DNA of 64,000 nucleotides from Chrysomallon squamiferum (Eukaryota > Animalia > Mollusca): the NCBI GenBank assembly GCA_012295275.1, contig CM022672.1, positions 28,086,001-28,150,000 on the forward strand, read 5' to 3'. The position numbers were made by a program, and so were the translations under genes. Positions 15,270 to 64,000 of this stretch are shown here, one piece after another (position 1 is the stretch's first letter; each line of letters begins with the position of its first letter). A model generated the notes under the pieces. That model was given only the letters and a program-made list of their open reading frames with translations, searched no databases and had not been told where the DNA came from.

Positions 15270-17029
15270 CTTTTTTATTAACATGTCTCTGTATTTGTCT
15301 TTGCCTGCCTGTCAGACTACCTATTTCTATATGCGTATACTACAAGTAATTACGTCATTCACATTTTAATTATCATTCACTGTTTTAAAAAGGTTTCGTT
15401 TTTCAAGACGAGATGACTGCATGAGTTGGAAAAAGCCTGTGATAAATAATTAAATAACTGTTTTAAGTGTTGTTCTATTTGAATCGTATCTGCTATATTT
15501 AATATTGTTAAGTACAGTTCAGTTAGTAACAGTTCACACATTTCATTACCGAGACTGCTTTAATACTTGAATACTCTGCTAATCATTCAAATCATTATAA
15601 ACAGTATTAGCAGAATCTTATAGCAACTTCATCCAGCTTAACATTTAAAATCACTAGTATTTTTTCTTTTAAATCTTATTAAAACTGTCGTGATAATAAA
15701 GGTTAGAGAATTAAAAATACGCTAATTTAATTACGTTAATACTTTCAATAAAATGAGTTGGCGAGTCAGCAATATACAGAACGAGACAGAGAGAGAGAGA
15801 AAAGATATAGACAGAAAGAGATTCTTATAATAATAACAACAACAATAGTAATGAAGAGTTAGATGATGATTACAACACTGATGATGATGATAACAGTAAC
15901 CGAATTAACAACAGCAGTAATGCCTGTGTACATATAATGATATATCTCATACTTTGATATTTTTGATGGCCGGTAATAACTGTTAATTTATTACTATTAT
16001 GTTTTTAGACAAAATTTTCCAATCTATGCAGATCTAATTGCAGCGTTTAATGGAAATCAGTCAATGAAGGGAAAGTACATACATCATTTTTGTAATTGTG
16101 GACGGCTGCTTGTAATGTTATCATAATTTTATCATTAAAAATATTAACGTATGCCACGCTCTAATGATCTCTCTCCAGAGTCCCTAATTACTTTATTTTC
16201 TTATAAGAATAATAACCATATATGAAGATTTTTAATAGCTCTTATATCTCTTATATTTACCCGAAATTATAGAAAACTGTTTTTAAAAACAAGCGTCAAA
16301 AAATAAATAAAGCGTCTAATATGATTATTAAGATTGTATAACAATATCACAGAAATCAATTTTTTCTATACTACTTTGAACCGTTCACACAAAACGTTGA
16401 TGAACTCGTTTAGTGTTGCAGTCTGCATATAGTTTACAAGGTAAACATTCGATTCGATAAAATAATATCACCTAGACAACGACATTGCCTTCATGTTGTT
16501 CACGCAGGCATGATAATCATTTATGTTAGCTGTGAGTCGTGTTTTAGTATTGTTTCTTGTGTTATTTTCTACATATCTTTAGGAAACCAACTTTTTTATA
16601 GCATTTAGTTTCGTTATTATATATATATGTATATTGTGCCACAATAAAACATTGTGTTGCGATATAATATACAGGTTCGCAACGACATTTCAGTAATAAC
16701 TAATGCTAGTAGTCAGGAATGTTTAATCGTAAGGCTTTTGTTGGCTGGATAATATTATATTTACAGCTTATGATAATACATACTACTTTTTTCTTTGACA
16801 GATCCAGTGAAAAGAATATCGAGCAATGGAACAGACGTTGTGATTAAGGGAGCACATTAACAGAGAAGTTAAGGTTTAATGTCAAGACCAAAGAATTTCA
16901 GGACAGTTTATATTGCTTTGGTTAAAAAACAATTCGATAATTACTTCCATGACGTGGTCAAAACAATAGACTGAAGAGTCAATAGCATTTAAAATTTCGT
17001 CCAGTTTTCTCTGTTGTAAATTTGGAAAC

Positions 17030-60292
<43,263 letters not shown>

Positions 60293-61524
60293 GTGCCATC
60301 GAGGTCTTACAATTCGTTTTACTAACACGTTTATTTATATTTTTCTCTTTATTTTTTCATTTATTATCTCTTTTAAAAAGAATACAGTGATTTTGTATTA
60401 TGTTTGATGTTAAATTTAAACATTCCCTCCCCCGTTTATTTTGTCATTTACAAATCTACACTCTAATAAATTTAGTGTTAAGTTACAAACGTTTCTTTTT
60501 TCCTCTATAGAAACTATTTAGTTACTTTTTAATAATCTACATACGTATGTATTATTTGGGTGAAGTATTGTGGTATTTTTATTTTATTTTTTAAATGATC
60601 GTTTTAGTTTTGTTTTTGTAATATTTATTCATTGTTCTGGGTTTGTTTGGTTTGGTTTTTTTTTTGTTTGGTTTTTTTTCTTTTTTTCCGCTTATCTGAA
60701 CCAAGCTAGTATTACAATTGTTTGATTTTTCTAGTGTATACAGTTAATTTCTGGTTGTAACAGCCAAAAGCTACCGCATTTTATTTAGTTTGGGATACAC
60801 GGAGATTAATATTTCTTTTCTTTTTGTTTCTTCTATTTTTATTTGTTTTGTTTTTCCAAGTGTAACCATTTCTTTTCACCTTTAACAGTCTACAAGCTCT
60901 GACATTTTTGCGTATAGTTTATTTTCTTCTCTTTTTTTTTGTGTGTTTTTTTTTTTGGGGGGGGGGGGTGTTTTTTTGTTGTTTTATATATATATATATA
61001 TTGTTTGTTCATCTGGTTTTTTTTTTTTTTTTCTGACTAGCACTATTCTTCATTTTAACATATTTTTATTACGTTTGTGGTTATTTTAAAATACCACGCT
61101 TCCAATAACATCACTTTGATTTTATGCTGTTATATTTCTCTTTTCATAATATGAACACTAACGCCAATTTTCATTATGTATATTTTCTTTATTGAGTTTT
61201 ATTTATTTTGTATATTCATGCCATTACTTAACGTTCATTTTAGATCATTTAAATTTTTAAAACAATAATCTCTCCGCGCACTCACACACAAATTTGATTA
61301 ATGATACACATTTTAAGTATTCTTTGTTTATAACTAAGTTGAAATAATAAAATGATAATTTAGTTTCACTTACACTGGTTTGCATGATTATTTCCCACCG
61401 CTACTCATCCGTTCAGACAACTGCAGCTAAGTTCGTGTTCATTTCTGTTGTTTGTATTTTGTAATTTACAGTTTCTATAGTCAAACCTGTAATCATTAAT
61501 TATTAAATATTATGTGGTTTTCAG

Positions 61525-61556
61525 ATAACGAGAACACAAATAATGATCACAAATAA
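61525..61556 (+). CDS. Candidate short terminal exon ((D)NENTNNDHK*)
   Basis: GTTTTCAG acceptor, phase 1 compatible with exon B, TAA at 61554-61556. Confidence 0.5.
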
Positions 61557-62531
61557 AATAAAAGATAAGCAAAATTGAAATAATCTGTTATCAAAAATAA
61601 TAAATCTAATACATTTTATTCTGATCGGTGATTCTAGTGCAAATGTTTACATTTATGTTTATTATTATGCATGCCATCAAATTTTAAACCACAAACACAA
61701 CACCGCATGTTTAAAATGAATTATTAATCACTCCACATTGCTTTTACGGTTTTGCTGTTTCTGTGATGTGGCACTGCACAGTCCACAGGTTCTGTCCATG
61801 TTATCGGTTTGAGAAATAGGCATCTAACTTTAAATTTGACTTAGGGTTTTAACAATCTGTCATTATTAATTTGTTCTTATTATTTAATTTAATTTAATTA
61901 ATATTATTCTTTCCTGTCCTTTTCTTTTATAATTTATTATAATTATTTTGTCAAAATATTTAATTTTTCGACAAAGAAGAATGTGTAGTTTATTGTTTTT
62001 TCAAAATTAACTTATTTTTTGTCGCAAAATTCATGTTATTGTTCTTGTATGTAACAGCCAACTATACAGGCCTAATTTAAATACAAAATAAAAATAACAA
62101 AAAGTATTATATTAAATTAAAGCCGCTATGTCGTTTAATAACAGAATATTAAGGGCAAGTAATTACTGAACTCACTATAATGACTTGAATTATAAAAACA
62201 TTGAATTTCTTCAATTCAGTATATAACACAGAAAAATAAGAAAGGAAAAAGCTATTCTTTCAACAGGTTTCTAATATATCTAATTTTTGAAAATAATTAA
62301 AAGAAATAATAATAATAAAAGATGAAAACAAAATAAAATAAAAATAAATAATCGATATAGCGGCTTAAAAAATTTGAGAAAGAAAGAAAGAAAAGAAAAC
62401 GAAAATACATTAAAAAAAAAAAAATCACAGTAAACTAATTTTTTTACATATTCATTTGCTATTCATAAATACAAAAAGAGAATTCAAAGAAATGAGAAAT
62501 GTTCAGTTAAAGTAATGTCTAAATTTCACAG

Positions 62532-62728
62532 ATCCAACCAAAAAAACAGAAATCGAGGAAAGCAAACCAGAGAAAGAAAATGAAGGAGTAAATTCCCTTC
62601 AAAGCTCTGTACCAGACGTCAAAAGCAATGACGTAGATCACAAACTTACCAGTGACAGTTCCAAAGAATCAAATCCTGTTCATCTAAATGGTGCTGTGAC
62701 AACGCAGACGTCACAGAATATACCAGAG
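62532..62728 (+). CDS. Candidate C-terminal tail exon, acidic/Ser-rich disordered ((D)PTKKTEIEESKPEKENEG...SQNIPE)
   Basis: TTTCACAG acceptor, phase 1-0, 65 open codons with coding-like composition, GAG|GTAGGA donor. Confidence 0.75.
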
Positions 62729-63963
62729 GTAGGAATGTTCCCCATTGCAACTTTGATTTTAAGCTGTAGACACAGCAAACAGCATAACGAACTTCGTTTC
62801 AAACTATCACTGAAGGCCTGTTGAAAAATCTAGAAAATCGAACGATTTACATAATTTTTGATAAAATAAATAAATATATGGTACAAAGAACCACCACATG
62901 AATAAAGATTTTTATCAATATATAAAGCTTTTAATGAATTCATTTAAGATTATTTAATTTAATTATCTCAACAGTCTTAAGACAACAATAAAATGGACAG
63001 AAATTACTAGATTATAACGATCTTTCAATAATAATAATGATTATGATGATCATGATGAAAAGTCCCTTAAAATTTAATTTAAAAATATTATTAGCAATGA
63101 AAAAAATAATTTTTATGTGTAATGTTAAATTAATACTTTTTTGATGATTGTAATAATATCATCATCATCATTTTGCTTATTATTATTATTTATTTATTTA
63201 TTTATTTTTATTTTATTTTCTTTTTATTTTATTTTTATTCTTTTCATACTAAATTCCTGATATTAAGGGGTTTTATTTTGTATTACTTTCTTTTCTTATT
63301 TTTTTTTTTTTTTTACTAGTAAAATGATGTTTTATTTATAAAACAAAATAAATAAATTAAAAAGAATGTATACAAATGCATGGGGCCAATAGTTTTGTTG
63401 ATAATAGGATAAGTTTTGGCTATAATAACGTAATGCCATTATCATTACTGAATTTCTTCGGAAAAGCTGTAACTTTCACAAACTCTTCATCTTTAGCATA
63501 CTGAAATCAAATCAACCACATACATTATTACAGCTCAATTAGCTCAGCTGTTATTCGTGAGCATTGCGATCTTATTTAAGCTCGACTTCAAATACTATCA
63601 AGTCCAGCGTTTTTATTTAAATTGTTGCTTTCCTTCACATCTTAAGTTAATACACAGTTGTGTTCACATTTTAGTTTAGTTTCTGTTCAATTTAGGTTAA
63701 TAGCTAGTTTATGACACGCACCACTTTCAGACTGATTCAGTCACTTCACTATTTGCATTTTGTTCTTGATTTAATCATAAACAAAACAACAGAGAATATT
63801 ATAAAAGATAATTACTTTCATTTACCATTTGACTACTTCATTTAATAATATTAATAACTTCAAGGTTTTCAAATTGATAATTAGGACTTTTTTTTTTTTT
63901 CAAAAACTATGTTCATAAAATGACTTAGTATCGTTATTTGTTTAACCTTTGTATCCTTTTCAG

Positions 63964-64000
63964 AAAAATCTCAATAATCAGCAGTCTGTAGTGTCGTCTG
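63964..64000 (+). CDS. Further exon truncated by window end (phase 0: KNLNNQQSVVSS...; phase 1: EKSQ*)
   Basis: Strong acceptor CCTTTGTATCCTTTTCAG ending 63963; frame depends on upstream donor. Confidence 0.6.

Overview
AT-rich, microsatellite-dense eukaryotic (invertebrate; mollusc-like is an inference) genomic DNA. Almost the whole window is one intron-rich + strand gene encoding a dual-GAF cyclic-nucleotide phosphodiesterase of the PDE5/6/11 group. I reconstructed it by hand from GT-AG boundaries with consistent phases: 17 core coding exons (17030..58174, about 769 codons) carrying two GAF NKxxxFxxxDE motifs and all class I PDE catalytic motifs. The most unusual features are: (i) a tandemly duplicated, diverged exon for the last catalytic helices (58696 vs 60175), each followed by its own 32-nt phase-1 terminal exon, plus further downstream tails, some ending in Cys lipidation-like motifs; (ii) a cluster of frame-preserving candidate cassette exons in the 16-kb intron that interrupts a GAF-B loop. 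Introns also hold a decayed LINE, a Tigger/pogo-type DNA transposon derivative with TIRs and TA TSD, SINE-like fragments and many tandem repeats. Most ORFs in the supplied track are microsatellite artefacts. No database searches were run.
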